Below, piece by piece: positions 1-12,688 of a stretch of 64,000 nucleotides of DNA; within the stretch, counting starts at the first letter, position 1; each line of letters begins with the position of its first letter. This DNA comes from Sporopachydermia quercuum (taxonomy: Eukaryota), in contig BCGN01000002.1 in the NCBI GenBank assembly GCA_001599295.1, forward strand, positions 2,170,001-2,234,000, given 5' to 3'. The translations under genes and the position numbers were made by a program. A model generated the notes under the pieces. The model saw only the letters and a program-made list of their open reading frames with translations. It did not search any database and was not told the DNA's origin.

Positions 1-2579
1 TATGTCATTTCAGCGAAGAGGAATATTCTGAAGTAGAAGGACTATTAAGAAATTATCCTGATTTGCAAATTGCATATATTGATGAAGAGATATCAGAATC
101 CGGTGAAAAGAAATATTACTCAGCTTTGATCGATGGTTACTGTGGTTTTGCAGGAAACAATAGAAGGAAGCCTTCTTTAAGAATAAGATTATCTGGTAAT
201 CCTATACTGGGAGATGGAAAAAGTGATAATCAGAATCATGCAATAATATTCTATAGAGGTGAGTATATTCAACTCATTGACTCTAATCAAGATCACTATT
301 TTGAAGAATGCCTTAAGATAAGAAATGTATTAGCTGAGTTTGAAGAAATGAACCCGTCACTTGTTTCTTTTTATCGAGATGACGACCATATATCATCAAT
401 GAATAATGATCCAGTTGCAATTGTTGGAACAAGAGAGTATATATTTTCTGAACAAATTGGTGTACTTGGTGATGTTGCTGCAGGAAAAGAACAAACATTT
501 GGTACGCTATTTGCTCGTACATTAGGTCATATAGGAGCAAAGCTTCATTATGGACATCCGGATTTTCTACATGGAGTTTTCGTGACCACTCGTGGAGGAG
601 TTTCTAAAGCTCAAAGAGGGCTACATTTGAATGAGGATATATATGCTGGGATGAATGTTTTCATGAGAGGAGGTAGAATTAAGCATTGTGAGTATATGCA
701 ATGCGGTAAAGGTCGTGATATGGGGTTTGGCTCTATTTTGAACTTCACTACCAAAATTGGTGCTGGTATGGGAGAACAGACGTTATCGAGAGAATACTAT
801 TACTTAGGCAGTCAGTTACCTATTGATAGGTTTCTTTCATTTTACTACGCCCACCCAGGATTCCATTTCAACAATGTCTTTATATTCTTTTCATTTGAGT
901 TACTACTACTTGTGGTGATCAACATGGTTTCACTAGTTCATGAGTCTATCATATGTGAGTTTGATAAACATAAGCCGGCATTGGAAATTCATAAGCCTGC
1001 TGGTTGCTACAATCTGATTCCGGTGATTGAATGGTTAAAAAGATGTATTTTATCCATCTTCCTTGTTTTTATGATATCATTTGTGCCATTAACTATTCAA
1101 GAGTTGATGGAACGAGGTTTATGGAGAGCATTCACGCGTTTAGGCAAGCATTTCATCTCACTATCTCCTTTGTTCGAAGTTTTTTCCTGTCGTATTTATG
1201 GTAAATCCCTTTTAGATGATATAACCATGGGTGGCGCCAGATATATTGCAACAGGGAGAGGATTCGCAACATCAAGAATTCAATTTACAACACTTTTTAC
1301 TAGATTTGCTCACGAGAGTTTGTATTTGGGATTCAAACTGTTTTTATTGTTACTTTTTGTTAGTATCATGATGTGGCAGTATACGTTCCTTTGGCTTTGG
1401 TTCACGGTTATCTCACTGATTTTATCACCATTTATTTTCAACCCAAATCAATTTGTATTGTTCGAGTTTGTTCTTGATTACAAGCAATTAATCCATTGGT
1501 TTATTATTGGAAACTCGTCATCGAATACGAACAACTTGTCCTGGATTGGATTTATTAAACGATCAAGGATTAGAATTACGGGAATAAAAGAAGAAAAAGA
1601 TGTTGGGAAATCATTCTCAGATAATAGCAACAAAGATGTATTTGTTCCAAGTCTGATGAACCTACTATTCACTAATATACTCGTGCATTTGTTTGTGACT
1701 ATGTGCGTTCTCACAGCCTATTTTTTAGTTAATGCTCAAAATGATACTAAAACAAGTAAAGTTTCTAATGCCTCTGCTCGTCTAATTGTCTGTACCTTTG
1801 GTCCAATCTTAACGAATGCAGTTTTCTTGATTATCCAAGAAAGTATTGTTTGCTTATTTGGACCACTGTTGGTTTATTGGATCAAATCATTACCATCGGT
1901 AATAGCTGCAATATCTCATGTATTCTCGATTTTAAATTACGTTGTGTGGATTGAACTGTTGTGGTTTCTTCAAGGCTGGATATTCTCTCAAACACTGATT
2001 GGTATATCAGCATTAATAATGATTCAGTCTTTCGCATTTAGACTATTGCAATGCCTATTCATAGGTGCTGAGTTACGGAACGACAGGTTGAATTTAGCCT
2101 GGTGGTCAGGTAAATGGTATAAAACAAATCTTGGTTTCAGTGTGATATTCCATTTCTATAGAGAATACATCTGTAAAATCATTGAAATGAGTCTTTTCGT
2201 TCGAGACTTTTTTGTTTGCCATTTATTGCTTTTTGTTCAAATACCAGTCTTGGTAATACCCTATGTTGAGAAATGGCATTCATTAATGTTACTTTGGCTG
2301 AAACCAAGTCAGCAATTAGTCACCCCAGTGTATTCAAATAAGAAACGCAAACAAAGAAATAGAGCATTCAGAAAGTACATATTCTTGTTCTTCCTTATGC
2401 TCTTACTACATTTATCATTGATATTGGTCCCAGTGGTTGTCTCGAAAACATTTGATATCGAAGTTAACCTAGATGAGTATGTTCCTAATTATCTTGAAGG
2501 ATTAATGCAGCCAACTCCAGTGGGAATGAATAGAAAAGGGCTTAAACAGAAGTTATATGTCAAGAACTCTGGAAGCTGA
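1..2579 (+). CDS. FKS3: 1,3-beta-glucan synthase catalytic subunit (FKS family, FKS3-like), C-terminal part; 5' end lies outside the window
   Basis: GT48 motifs LSGNPILGDGKSDNQNH, QLIDSNQD, AAGKEQTFGTL, HYGHPD, LHLNEDIYAG, QCGKGRD, followed by many TM segments. Divergence from Fks1/2 suggests the FKS3 clade (inference). Confidence 0.9.
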   Translation, partial: CHFSEEEYSEVEGLLRNYPDLQIAYIDEEISESGEKKYYSALIDGYCGFAGNNRRKPSLRIRLSGNPILGDGKSDNQNHAIIFYRGEYIQLIDSNQDHYFEECLKIRNVLAEFEEMNPSLVSFYRDDDHISSMNNDPVAIVGTREYIFSEQIGVLGDVAAGKEQTFGTLFARTLGHIGAKLHYGHPDFLHGVFVTTRGGVSKAQRGLHLNEDIYAGMNVFMRGGRIKHCEYMQCGKGRDMGFGSILNFTTKIGAGMGEQTLSREYYYLGSQLPIDRFLSFYYAHPGFHFNNVFIFFSFELLLLVVINMVSLVHESIICEFDKHKPALEIHKPAGCYNLIPVIEWLKRCILSIFLVFMISFVPLTIQELMERGLWRAFTRLGKHFISLSPLFEVFSCRIYGKSLLDDITMGGARYIATGRGFATSRIQFTTLFTRFAHESLYLGFKLFLLLLFVSIMMWQYTFLWLWFTVISLILSPFIFNPNQFVLFEFVLDYKQLIHWFIIGNSSSNTNNLSWIGFIKRSRIRITGIKEEKDVGKSFSDNSNKDVFVPSLMNLLFTNILVHLFVTMCVLTAYFLVNAQNDTKTSKVSNASARLIVCTFGPILTNAVFLIIQESIVCLFGPLLVYWIKSLPSVIAAISHVFSILNYVVWIELLWFLQGWIFSQTLIGISALIMIQSFAFRLLQCLFIGAELRNDRLNLAWWSGKWYKTNLGFSVIFHFYREYICKIIEMSLFVRDFFVCHLLLFVQIPVLVIPYVEKWHSLMLLWLKPSQQLVTPVYSNKKRKQRNRAFRKYIFLFFLMLLLHLSLILVPVVVSKTFDIEVNLDEYVPNYLEGLMQPTPVGMNRKGLKQKLYVKNSGS

Positions 2580-2742
2580 TCATTAGATATAAGACCCAAC
2601 GGCTGCTAATCTTTTTCTCAGTGCCCTTTGAAAGATATTCTACCACTGTTTCTATCAGTTGATATTACTCATGCTTAAATACTAATATACTACATATTGG
2701 TTTTGTTTTATAACAATTACAGTACCATTTTTATCAGCACTA

Positions 2743-3973
2743 CTATATACCCCATTTTCTCAGCACTTGAAACGNGTGGGGAATAGATTCGCTATTTATA
2801 CTTTTTAATAACATACTAAGGTAACTAATTTTCTTTTCATTGGCAAAAAGTTTTGCGANNTCAAATCTTGCACATGTTGATACCCCGTCAAGAATACCAA
2901 CAGTTTTTTCTTTCCATTCAATATCTGAAAGATCCGAAACGTGTTCCTTCATGAAAACTATGCCATCTATAATGAATTCTAGATTCTCGTAATCGATGCC
3001 TCCTTTACCAAATAAAAGTTTGAAAGAAGAAGGAACAATAGTGAATACTTGGTAGTAGGCATATGGTTTGTTAGCTTCTGAACTTCGTTGCAATTGAACA
3101 AATGAGTAAAGATTTAGATCAATGTTCAAAGGCTTCGATTGAAATTCATTGAGCGTGAAAAAAGCTTGTTGTCTAGTTGCTGTTTCGATGCTATTATTTG
3201 AATCTATATCTTCCGCTGTAATTGGTACTAGCATTTTCGATGTTGTTTCTTTTTCTAATGTCGATGAAGTAGATGTTGATAAAACCTTCATACCATCTTC
3301 AATTTCACGGATTTTGGAAACGGTAGCTTTCTTCAACAGCCCATTCTTTCTATCTCGCTATAGTATTTTCAAGTTAGTATAGAATAAACTCGTTTATATC
3401 ATTATCTTCCATTATCTTCCACATCTTCTATGAAGCGTATACTATTTTTTCCTATTCAGCTTACCCTTTTTTTCTTTTCCTTCAAGGTTTCTGGTCCCAT
3501 GTCTTCCATTGATTTTTGAACCGATTTATTCCTTGGGTCTAATTCTAAGGCTGTTTTGAACAAATCTCTCGCTGAACATCTGTCATTCATCTGTAGTGTC
3601 GCTATGCCTTTCCTCCATAGTAACTTCACTTCGGTAGTATTATCATTCATATTACTCTCAGAGTAACGTTTCAGTCCTTCATCGCAGTCCTCAATTACCT
3701 CAAGCCATTTTCCCAACTTCAACTCGGCCATAGCTTTATTAGAGAATAGAACTGGATTTTTTGGATCATTTTTTATAGCTACTGAATAGCATTCAATTGC
3801 TTCAGGAAATTTGCCTTGCTTGAAAAATTGATTACCTATAGATACCANGGCTCCTGTTAATATATACTCAGTGAATGAATGCCTAACAGTTGGACTTATC
3901 ATTTCCTCGAAGTTTGATTCTAAATTTGAACCTCTTATACTGCCATACCTTTAATTTTATATTTCTCGGCCAT
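2743..3973 (-). CDS. TAH1: Hsp90 co-chaperone of the R2TP complex: TPR domain plus RPAP3_C domain (Tah1/RPAP3-like). Exons 3973-3949, 3835-3465, 3357-2743; ~336 aa
   Basis: ATG at 3973 gives MAEKYKIKG|NQFFKQGKFPEAIECYSVAI (TPR clamp). Introns 3948-3836 (GTATGG..TATTAAC..TAG) and 3464-3358 (GTAAGC..TACTAAC..TAG) join in frame. C-terminus resembles RPAP3_C. Divergent from YIH1, like S. cerevisiae TAH1. Confidence 0.8.
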
Positions 3974-4466
3974 ATTTTTGATTCAAGTAAATTGAGAGAC
4001 AGCTGCCATTTGACCGCCGTAAAAGTTGTATTATCTGAATGGTTCGATAGGAAAAAAAGTGAAAAGTTATCTTAGAAATTTCCCCTTCATATGCAGTATA
4101 GAAAACCTGTTCAAATCTTATGGTGGAAAGTAGGATGCATTCTTTAATTTACTGATAAGCACAGTGAATAAAAATATTCTAGTTTTAACAAGTATTTTGA
4201 ATAAATAAACAGTAAATAGACGCAACGAACAAACAATAAGTAGTACCAACTATTGTTGAAGCTAAGTTTAACTCATGTTTCTTTCCTCTTGAAAGGTTAA
4301 AGAGCTTATCGCTACCTTATAGACGCCAGCAGAAGAAAGAGGGAATCCACCATTACTACTTATATTGAACCTACAATATCATTAATTGGTATAATTAATT
4401 GTTTACAGTCTGATTACAATTAAACCATATATAAAAATTTGACTCATTTATTAGAACTTAGGAAAA

Positions 4467-5628
4467 ATGTCGGATGAGCTGGAAGAAGAAGTATCTGCTA
4501 TTCAAGCAATTTATCCCGACAGTTTGAACAAAATATCTCCATATAAATACTATCTTGTCACACCGTCGAATTCACAGATTATACTATCAATGACATTTCC
4601 TATAAATTACCCCAATAGCAACGAAGCTCCAGTAGTAGATGCTATAGAATGCAGATCTGCAATGCTAAGCAAGAAACTGCACTCTAATGGGATAACTCCA
4701 GGAACTCTTTCAGATATGCTACAAAGTGTTTTCGTCTATGGTCAAGTATGTCTGTTCGACTTCATTCTTAGCATTGAAGAACTGTTTCCTTTACAAGAAG
4801 ACAACAACGAAGAGCTAGAAAAAGAAGAAGTGAATCAAGAGGTCAAAGGTGCGATAGAGGCAAGTACAAAAACTGATAATGAAATAGCGGATGATGCTGA
4901 CTATGAGTATCATTATGATCCTGAAGAGTATAAACATTATAACAAAGAAAAGAGTCATAATAAGAAGAACAAAGATTCGTCCAACAACGAAGCAAACGCG
5001 AAAGATGGAGATATTCTATCCAGTTGGGCTATATCTGATTTAATATCAGATCGGAAATCTCATTTCATGGGGCTGACTAGAAGTGTCTACTCTGTTAACG
5101 ACGCTATTAGATACGTTGATGAGTTGAAACAGGATAGAAAGATAGCTAAGTCAGCACATGTGATGACAGCATGGAGGATCAAAAATGATAATGGAACTAC
5201 TGTCCAGGACTGTGACGATGATGGAGAGTCAGCAGCTGGGGGTAGAATGCTACATTTATTAACTGTATGAATATTTTTTGCTTGAGTTGGCTGTTGTGAA
5301 TAACTGACTGCCGCTGTTGTTATTTTAATGCCATGAACGAGCTTACTAACAGTTAAATTAGATTATGGATGTTTGGAATGTTATGGTCGTAGTAGTCAGA
5401 TGGTTTGGAGGTGTTCATATTGGACCTGACAGGTAAGTGATTTGTTGACAGAAGAAAAGAAAGAAGAAGAAAGGGTAGAAGAATGCAGATTGATGGATTA
5501 TGTCAATATAGTACTAATTACAAACAATCATTAGGTTTAAACATATAAATGCATGTGCAAGAGATGCTATAGTGAAAGCAGGCTTTATAGAAGATAATCA
5601 GAAGAACAACAAACATAAGCATAAATAG
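4467..5628 (+). CDS. YIH1: IMPACT-family Gcn2 inhibitor (RWD + UPF0029 domains). Exons 4467-5264, 5362-5432, 5535-5628
   Basis: EEVSAIQAIYP RWD start; DRKSHF, DCDDDGESAAGGRMLHLL. Spliced continuation IMDVWNVMVVVVRWFGGVHIGPDRFKHINACARDA. Introns 5265-5361 and 5433-5534 have canonical signals. Confidence 0.95.
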
Positions 5629-6216
5629 GGAAATTGGTAAGGAGTATTCATCTGGTTTTAATGATTAATAATAGGGTAGCATGGATGGTGAAACTCGAGT
5701 GAACTCACAAGTATAACACATGAGCCCATCTAAGTTAGCAAGATGGGATCCCAAGACTCGACAGTAATTAAGAGAATTTGTTAGTGCTCAAAGAGTAGTG
5801 GCGCGCTACACTGATACATGAAATGACAAAGCGAAAATCCGTGCGCAACTCCAGCATTGTTAATAGACTATCAGGATTATGAATTAGTCATTATTCATAA
5901 AATTATTCAAACTTGTATATAATACATAATAATTCAGGAACCTAGACTGTTTCACGCAAGGAATCCTTTATAACNAATGTCCTGATGAGAAAAACGGATA
6001 TAATCCGAAAATATTTCGGCAACTATCTTACTAATAATCTCTGGTATTACTTAATCCTTATGCTCACTCTTTTTTAGAGGTACTATGCAGACAGACGTTT
6101 GAAGACTTCTATATAATAACCCATTTATTATATTAATCAGCGTTTTATACCAACATATGTTTGCTCTATCAGTTCAAATCGTTTTTTGGTTTCTTCCCAT
6201 TTAATGTCAACTTTGC

Positions 6217-6375
6217 CTCATCGCTCGCTTCTCTTTCATATTTCGTATATTCTTCTATCTGTGTCACGTGAGCTTATTGTAGCACCTCTAACTTACCCGG
6301 ATCAACTTCACACCTCACTCCAAAGAAGGTTTGGAGGGTATTCTCACTATTTAACTTATCTCTATAATTTTTTCA
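6217..6375 (+). promoter_or_regulatory. Ribosome-biogenesis promoter motifs upstream of PWP2
   Basis: PAC (CTCATCGC, 6217-6224), E-box GTCACGTGA (6263-6271), Reb1-type TTACCCGG (6293-6300) and RRPE-like AATTTTTTCA (6366-6375), all within 360 bp of the PWP2 ATG. Confidence 0.6.
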
Positions 6376-6574
6376 TTTTGTATGGGAAATTATTCACATA
6401 CAAATATAAAAAATCTTCAAAAATGAATGATGCAGGGATGTATTTGAACGTATTTAATTGTCAACTGATATTTATATGACTGCTTAACATTGAAGTATTT
6501 GGTTCCGTTAGTACAGAAGTTTATAGTGGCTTGAAATAAGTCTATTACACGTGTAATCTGGTGAATGGTCAATC

Positions 6575-9500
6575 ATGAAGGCCGATTATAAGGTATGTAT
6601 TGATGTTGCTTGACACATTTGAATGAATGAATACTTGTGAAAGTATTTGTGGGATGCTAGACCGGGCTCACAACAGAGTTTTATTAGACAAACGAGCTGA
6701 CATAGAATCACAATTTAGTTTTCCAATTTACTGGCAACAGTATATCGTAAAGGAAACCTTGTTTTCAACAAAGACGGCAATATTCTTCTTAGCCCTGTAG
6801 GAAACAAAGTCACAATATTTGATTTGGTGAGGTAAGTGAGGCGCTCAATTTGATTTAAAAAGCCAAGCCAAGGCTCATGATATTTGTTGCATCAGCACAA
6901 TTTCTTAATGATTTGATTGAAAACTAACAAGCTCTTAGAAATGAATCATTTACCTTTGGTTATGAACACAGGAAAAATATAGCTCGATTAGCTCTGAATC
7001 CCCAGGAGAATCTACTGTTGACTGTTGATGATGATGGTAGAGCTATTTTGGTGAACTTCAAGACTCATGCAGTTTTACACCATTTTAATTTTAAAGAGAA
7101 AGTAAGCGATGTCAAGTTTTCGCCGGATGGGAAGTTTTTCGCTGTAGCAGTTGGTCGTCTACTTCAAATCTGGAGAACACCTGATTATACTAAAGGTGGA
7201 GGAGAATTGCATTTTGCTCCTTTTGTCAGATACAAGGTAATGGCTGGTCATTATGGAGTGATAACATCATTAACATGGAGTAATGACTCCAGATTTATTC
7301 TTACATGTTCTAAAGACTTGACAGTTCGACTTTATTCCTTAAACAATAGTGAGAAAGATGTAGCTATGACTTTTGCTGGTCATAGAGATTATCCAGTTGC
7401 TGCTTGGTTCAGCAATGATCAAGAGTCAATTTACACTGTCAGTAAAGATGGAGCACTATTCACCTGGAAGTACACCACAAAACGATCGGATGACGGAGAA
7501 GATGAAGAAAACGCCTTCAAACAAATATCAGAATCAGATATTGATCCATCATTATTGAGTTGGCGTATAGTAAGCAAGAATTTCTTTATGAATGATGCGA
7601 AGGTGCGGTGCGCAACATTTCATGCTAAATCAAATTTACTGGTAGTAGGATTTTCCTCAGGTACTTTTGATTTGTATGAATTACCAGATTTCACGTTGAT
7701 TCAAAAGCTAAGTATATCTCAGAATGAAATAAACACAGTAAACATCAATTCTACTGGTGAATGGCTGGCATTTGGGTCTTCAGCACTAGGTCAATTGCTT
7801 GTATGGGAATGGCAATCAGAATCATACATTCTCAAACAGCAAGGCCATTTTGATTCAATGAATGCACTAGTATATTCACCTGATGGTTCCCGTATTGTCA
7901 CTGGATCTGACGATGGTAAAATCAAAGTATGGGACACCCAATCTGGTTTTTGTCTCGTAACTTTGACTGAACATACATCTGGAGTGACTGCTTTGCAATT
8001 TGCCAAGCGGGGAAATGTGCTTTTCTCTGCCTCATTAGACGGAACAGTTAGAGCATGGGATTTGATCAGATACAGAAATTTTCGAGTGTTTACAGCCGCT
8101 GAGAGAGTTCAATTCACAAGTTTAGCTGTTGACCCTAGTGGTGAAGTAGTATGTGCGGGTTCTCTAGATACCTTTGATATTAACGTTTGGTCGGTTCAAA
8201 CTACTCAATTGCTTGACACTCTTTCAGGCCATGAAGGCCCTATTTCCAGTCTTAGTTTTGGTAACGAAGGTGGTGTTCTTGCTAGTGGATCATGGGATAA
8301 AACAGTCAGAGTCTGGAACATATTTGGCAGAAGAACCATTGTAGAACCATTTGAAATAAATTCTGATGTTCTCTGTGTTACTATGAGACCAGACTCTAAA
8401 CAGGTTGCTGCTAGCTCTATGGATGGTCAAATAACCATTTGGGATATTGATAGTGGTAAACAAGTAGGAGGCATTGATGGTAGAGTCGATATAATAGGAG
8501 GAAGATACATAAATGATAGATTTATTGCTAAAAACTCATTTCGGTCCAAGTATTTCACATCAATCTCATATTCCTTTGATGGTAGTGCCATTGCAGCTGG
8601 TGGAAACTGTAATTCGATCTGCTTGTATGACGTTGATAATGAAGTGTTATTGAGAAGGTTTATAATTTCACGCAACATGACTCTTGACGGTACACAACAG
8701 ATCCTTAATTCTAAAGACCTTACAGAAGCAGGGCCAATGGGATTAATTGACAGAACCGGTGAACTTTCTGATATAGAAGAAAGACTAGATGTGTCATTGC
8801 CAGGATCTAATAGATCAGGCGATCCAACTGTTCGTCGTACTAGACCTGAGGTTAGAACCACAGGGTTATCCTTCACTCCTACAGCTAATGCATTTGCAGC
8901 TGCTAGTACCGAAGGGTTGTTGATTTATTCTATTGATGATAAAGTAATATTCGATCCATTAGACATCACAATTGACATTACTCCAGCTGGCATTGAAGAA
9001 AGCTTAAGTAATGAAGAGTTCATTCAGGCACTAGTGATGGCTTTCCGATTGAACGAAAAGTATCTAGTAGAAAAGGTCTATTTGGCAATCCCAAGCAAAG
9101 ATATTCAACTTATAGCGTCTTCATTCCCAGCTTTATATCTAGAGAGATTTCTTGAATTTATTGCGCAATTAAGCATTGATTCACCCCATATGGAGTTCAA
9201 TTTAGTATGGATCAAAGCTTTGATAACTGCTCATGGCAAATACATCAGCCAGAATAAAAGGAAATTTTTAGGATGCATGAAAATTGTCCAGAGATTTATT
9301 CAAAGGCGTACCAAAGATATTGTTCCTGTTGGAATGTTTAATGTATATACTTATGATTACTTGAGTGCTGGTCATAAAAACATAGCAACAGAAGAACAAG
9401 TTGAAGGTAGTGAAACTAGTGGAGAACAGTTATTAGGACTTGAAGATAACGAGGACGAAGATTCTGATGAAAGTATGCATGATGAAGAGGAATGGCAAGG

Positions 9501-9579
9501 TCTTGACTCACGAAATAAAGAATTCGAAGGATTGAATGGTGATAGTGAAGAGGGTAGTTCTGATGACGAGGATATGTGA
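6575..9579 (+). CDS. PWP2: WD40 SSU-processome subunit Pwp2/Utp1. Exons 6575-6592, 6719-6831, 6939-9579
   Basis: Spliced N-terminus MKADYK|FSNLLATVYRKGN..LLSPVGNKVTIFDL matches Pwp2. Also GQLLVWEWQSESYILKQQGH and an acidic tail. Introns 6593-6718 and 6832-6938. Confidence 0.97.
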
Positions 9580-10390
9580 TTCTATAGTATGTTGAAATAA
9601 AATAGATTATTTTCACTGTTATGAGTCAATGCGAGTGTCGTAATGAAGTTTGCTATAATGTTATGATAACCTCTTACCTAAAGGAAATCAACTGTAGTAT
9701 ATAGGCCACTCATGCATACAGGAGAATGAACTTTGAAATATACAGTATACAATGAATTACTGGTTCAGTAAATGAATTACTAGAGTTGCAACCGAACACC
9801 GTCAATATCATCGACAGACAGCTATAATCCACCGAAGACCAACGCCAATAGCAGATCTTCGTATAAGATCCATACTATTCACTGCCACCACAAACTCCTC
9901 CTGTTAATATCTGTACCAAACAGCTCTTCCACGCAAAGCAACTTCCACGGAACTTCAGCAATTCAGAACTACAATTCTATTTATCCTAAATATTCTTTCT
10001 GATTAATATCTTCTCACTTGCCCCAACTAAATCGCAGAGCAATAAACCAGTAATCACCTTTCCTGGATATCATAACAAAGCTTAACATTTTGCTATCACG
10101 ATTACTCTGTCCATACAGCTACAAGGTGTCTTTCAGATTAGGTAAGCTTTTAATATCATAGAAGAAGTTAAACTCTGTGTCTCATTATAGGGTGCCCTTT
10201 TGAATATCCCATAACAAGTGGTAAAGAATCCTCATCATGGATCGCACTCGTTGACCCTAAATAGGTAAAAACCAATTGGTATACTGTTATCTTCTTTAAG
10301 AGCAGAATTAACTACGAACCTGATTCAAATGATCATTGATTATGTGCTTATGTAGATACAGCGCACTGTAGGGTATTTGGGACTCAAAAA

Positions 10391-12521
10391 ATGGTTTATG
10401 GAAAATTAGTTGAACTGCCTGAGCTAATTTTATCGGATTCTGAGGAAGCATTAACTGAATTATCATTGATAGTTAGACAGTCGGTGAACAATAATGATGA
10501 AGAGATGTAAGTGCATTGTTATTTGATCTGATGGAAAAGTGTTGCCGGAATATTTCCTTGGATTGAGATTACTATAATATTTTGAATATTACAATGTAGT
10601 ATTGTGGTATAGGTATTGGCTAGCAATGATGATGTGCTGTTGTTGCTGTTGGTATTGCTGCTATATCTAGGCAACTGTTAATAGGTATAATCACAAAAAG
10701 AAGGGCCATGCTAACTATTTCACTATATAAGTATAAATACTGCTGTTGATACTCAATCATGGGATATGTTATCACGATGTTTGATTAACTGTCAGAAGAC
10801 ACTTTTGAATGAACAGGATGAATCAAGAACTCAATTGACAGCTAGGAATATTCGCGGAGCTGTAATTCTCGCTCGGAATCTGCTGGCTGTCCCTGCAGCC
10901 CAAGAAGTTTGCTATGACTCACAGTTTTATTCAAATCTACTAGAAGTTATTAGAAGGATCGATTCATTTAATTGTGAAGAAGTAAGAAGTATGAAATTCC
11001 TTTTTNTTGTTGGAATCACGATTACCTAGCTCTATCATTATTGCTTATGAGTTTTTTTTTTTTAACTAACCGTCAAGTGTTCATTAGAAGATGCAATTTG
11101 GGTTGAACTATTTCGCTGCTTGAGCAATCTTGTGGCTGGGAATGAAAGACTGATATATTTAGTTTGGAATTCAGCTCTAGATACTGTTGATTTCCTGTCA
11201 GAGTATGCATTGATTTGATTTGATTCACCTGAAATGCAATCCCTTCAGCATGATACTAACTTCTAAAAGTTACTTTGACTCAAAGCCTTTCAACAGCAAT
11301 CATGAATCATTTTACACATTTATATGCAATTGTATCAAAGGAGTTCCAGACATCAGAGAATTAATACTGAGCTCTTCATCAGGAAGTGAATTTATGATTT
11401 GGTTAATCAACAAGTCAGAAGAATTAGAATACACCGAGGATGAAATACCTTCGACTACATTGCTTGTGCTAGCAATTATTAGACATGTCATTCAAGTGCC
11501 AGAATTTGTTCAACTAGGATACTCTTTACATTTGTACGTATAAATGCTCCTTTTCTAAGTACTCTAATTATTTGGTAGTGGGGAAAATCATCATCAGCCA
11601 TGACTGTATTCGATACTTCTATTACTGCTTATTAGTAAAAACAAACTAACTAATTTCCAGGAATACTATCAGCAGAACATCAACGTCATTTTCGAAACTA
11701 ATCCAAATAGTACTAGGACATTCTGAGCTATCAAGAATGCAACTGAAGCCTGTATCAGAGTTTCTAGTATGTCATTCAATACCCTTATTAACTACTCAGA
11801 TCAAATTCTTACTTAGCAATAAAGAGTATCGAACCTCTTCTTTCCAAATGTCCAATATTATTCTGATAGATAACCTATGGAACAGCATGGTGTCCACTTT
11901 AGATGCGCTATGCCAATTAGCTCAAATTGAAGAAGGCAAAGAGTATTTGGTGACTGATGATAAACTGATAGACCATTTGGTAACAACTATGAGAGTGCTT
12001 GCTAAAGAACTACCCAGGAAAACTCTTAAGGGGGGAAATGCATCTACAGCTTTGGGATTGGGTAGCAAGAATGTTTCTAATACAGAAGATTTCCCATTCG
12101 TTAAGGCGTTGATAGTAGAGTTATTTTCGTATTTGACTTATAAAGAGCGGTTAGTTCAAGATGAGCTACGAGAATCTGGAGGAATCGTGTTGATACTTAA
12201 TAGTTGTGTGATAGATGATAATAATCCATGTAAGTGTTGATATATCAATGCTGGGAACGAAGAAAGATTGTATATGATATGTTGATGTTTGGTGAACAGG
12301 AATTTACAATGGGAAACATACTAACAGAATAACCATTAGACATCAAAGAAAAAGCTATTATATGCTTAAGATATCTCCTGGAACATAACCAGGAAAATCA
12401 AGATATGATTGCTGGCCTAGAAGCAAAAGGAAAAACGGACGATGCAGTGTTACAAGATTTAGGATATAAAGCGAAAATTGTTGATGGAAAAGTGCACTTA
12501 GAACCTAGCATAAAAGAATAA
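10391..12521 (+). CDS. CTR86: Ataxin-10 / Ctr86 homolog (ARM repeat), 6 exons: ~10391-10506, 10732-10988, 11088-11202, 11270-11533, 11661-12229, 12340-12521
   Basis: C-terminal Atx10 domain VQDELRESGGIVLILNSCVIDDNNP|YIKEKAIICLRYLLEHNQENQ. Five introns with branch points restore one frame (intron 2 boundaries have an alternative solution). Convergent with THR4 as in S. cerevisiae. Confidence 0.85.
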
Positions 12522-12688
12522 GTACAAGGAGAGACATATAAAATAAGTACGATTACAAGCAAGTAATACAAGCTATCAATACAAATGATACAAGCACTTT
12601 CAATGGTTAGCATATATCAATAGCAATATGAACTATGCATATCAAAAGATAGAAATATACACTTCTACAAACCATTTCACATAATATG

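Noticed and set aside
205..6735. Alternative yeast genetic code (CUG-Ser or CUG-Ala)
   Set aside because: CTG occupies invariant Leu positions in Fks (NPILGDG) and Pwp2 (FSNLL).
10766..12240. Three separate small genes suggested by the ORF track
   Set aside because: They are exons of the single CTR86 gene.
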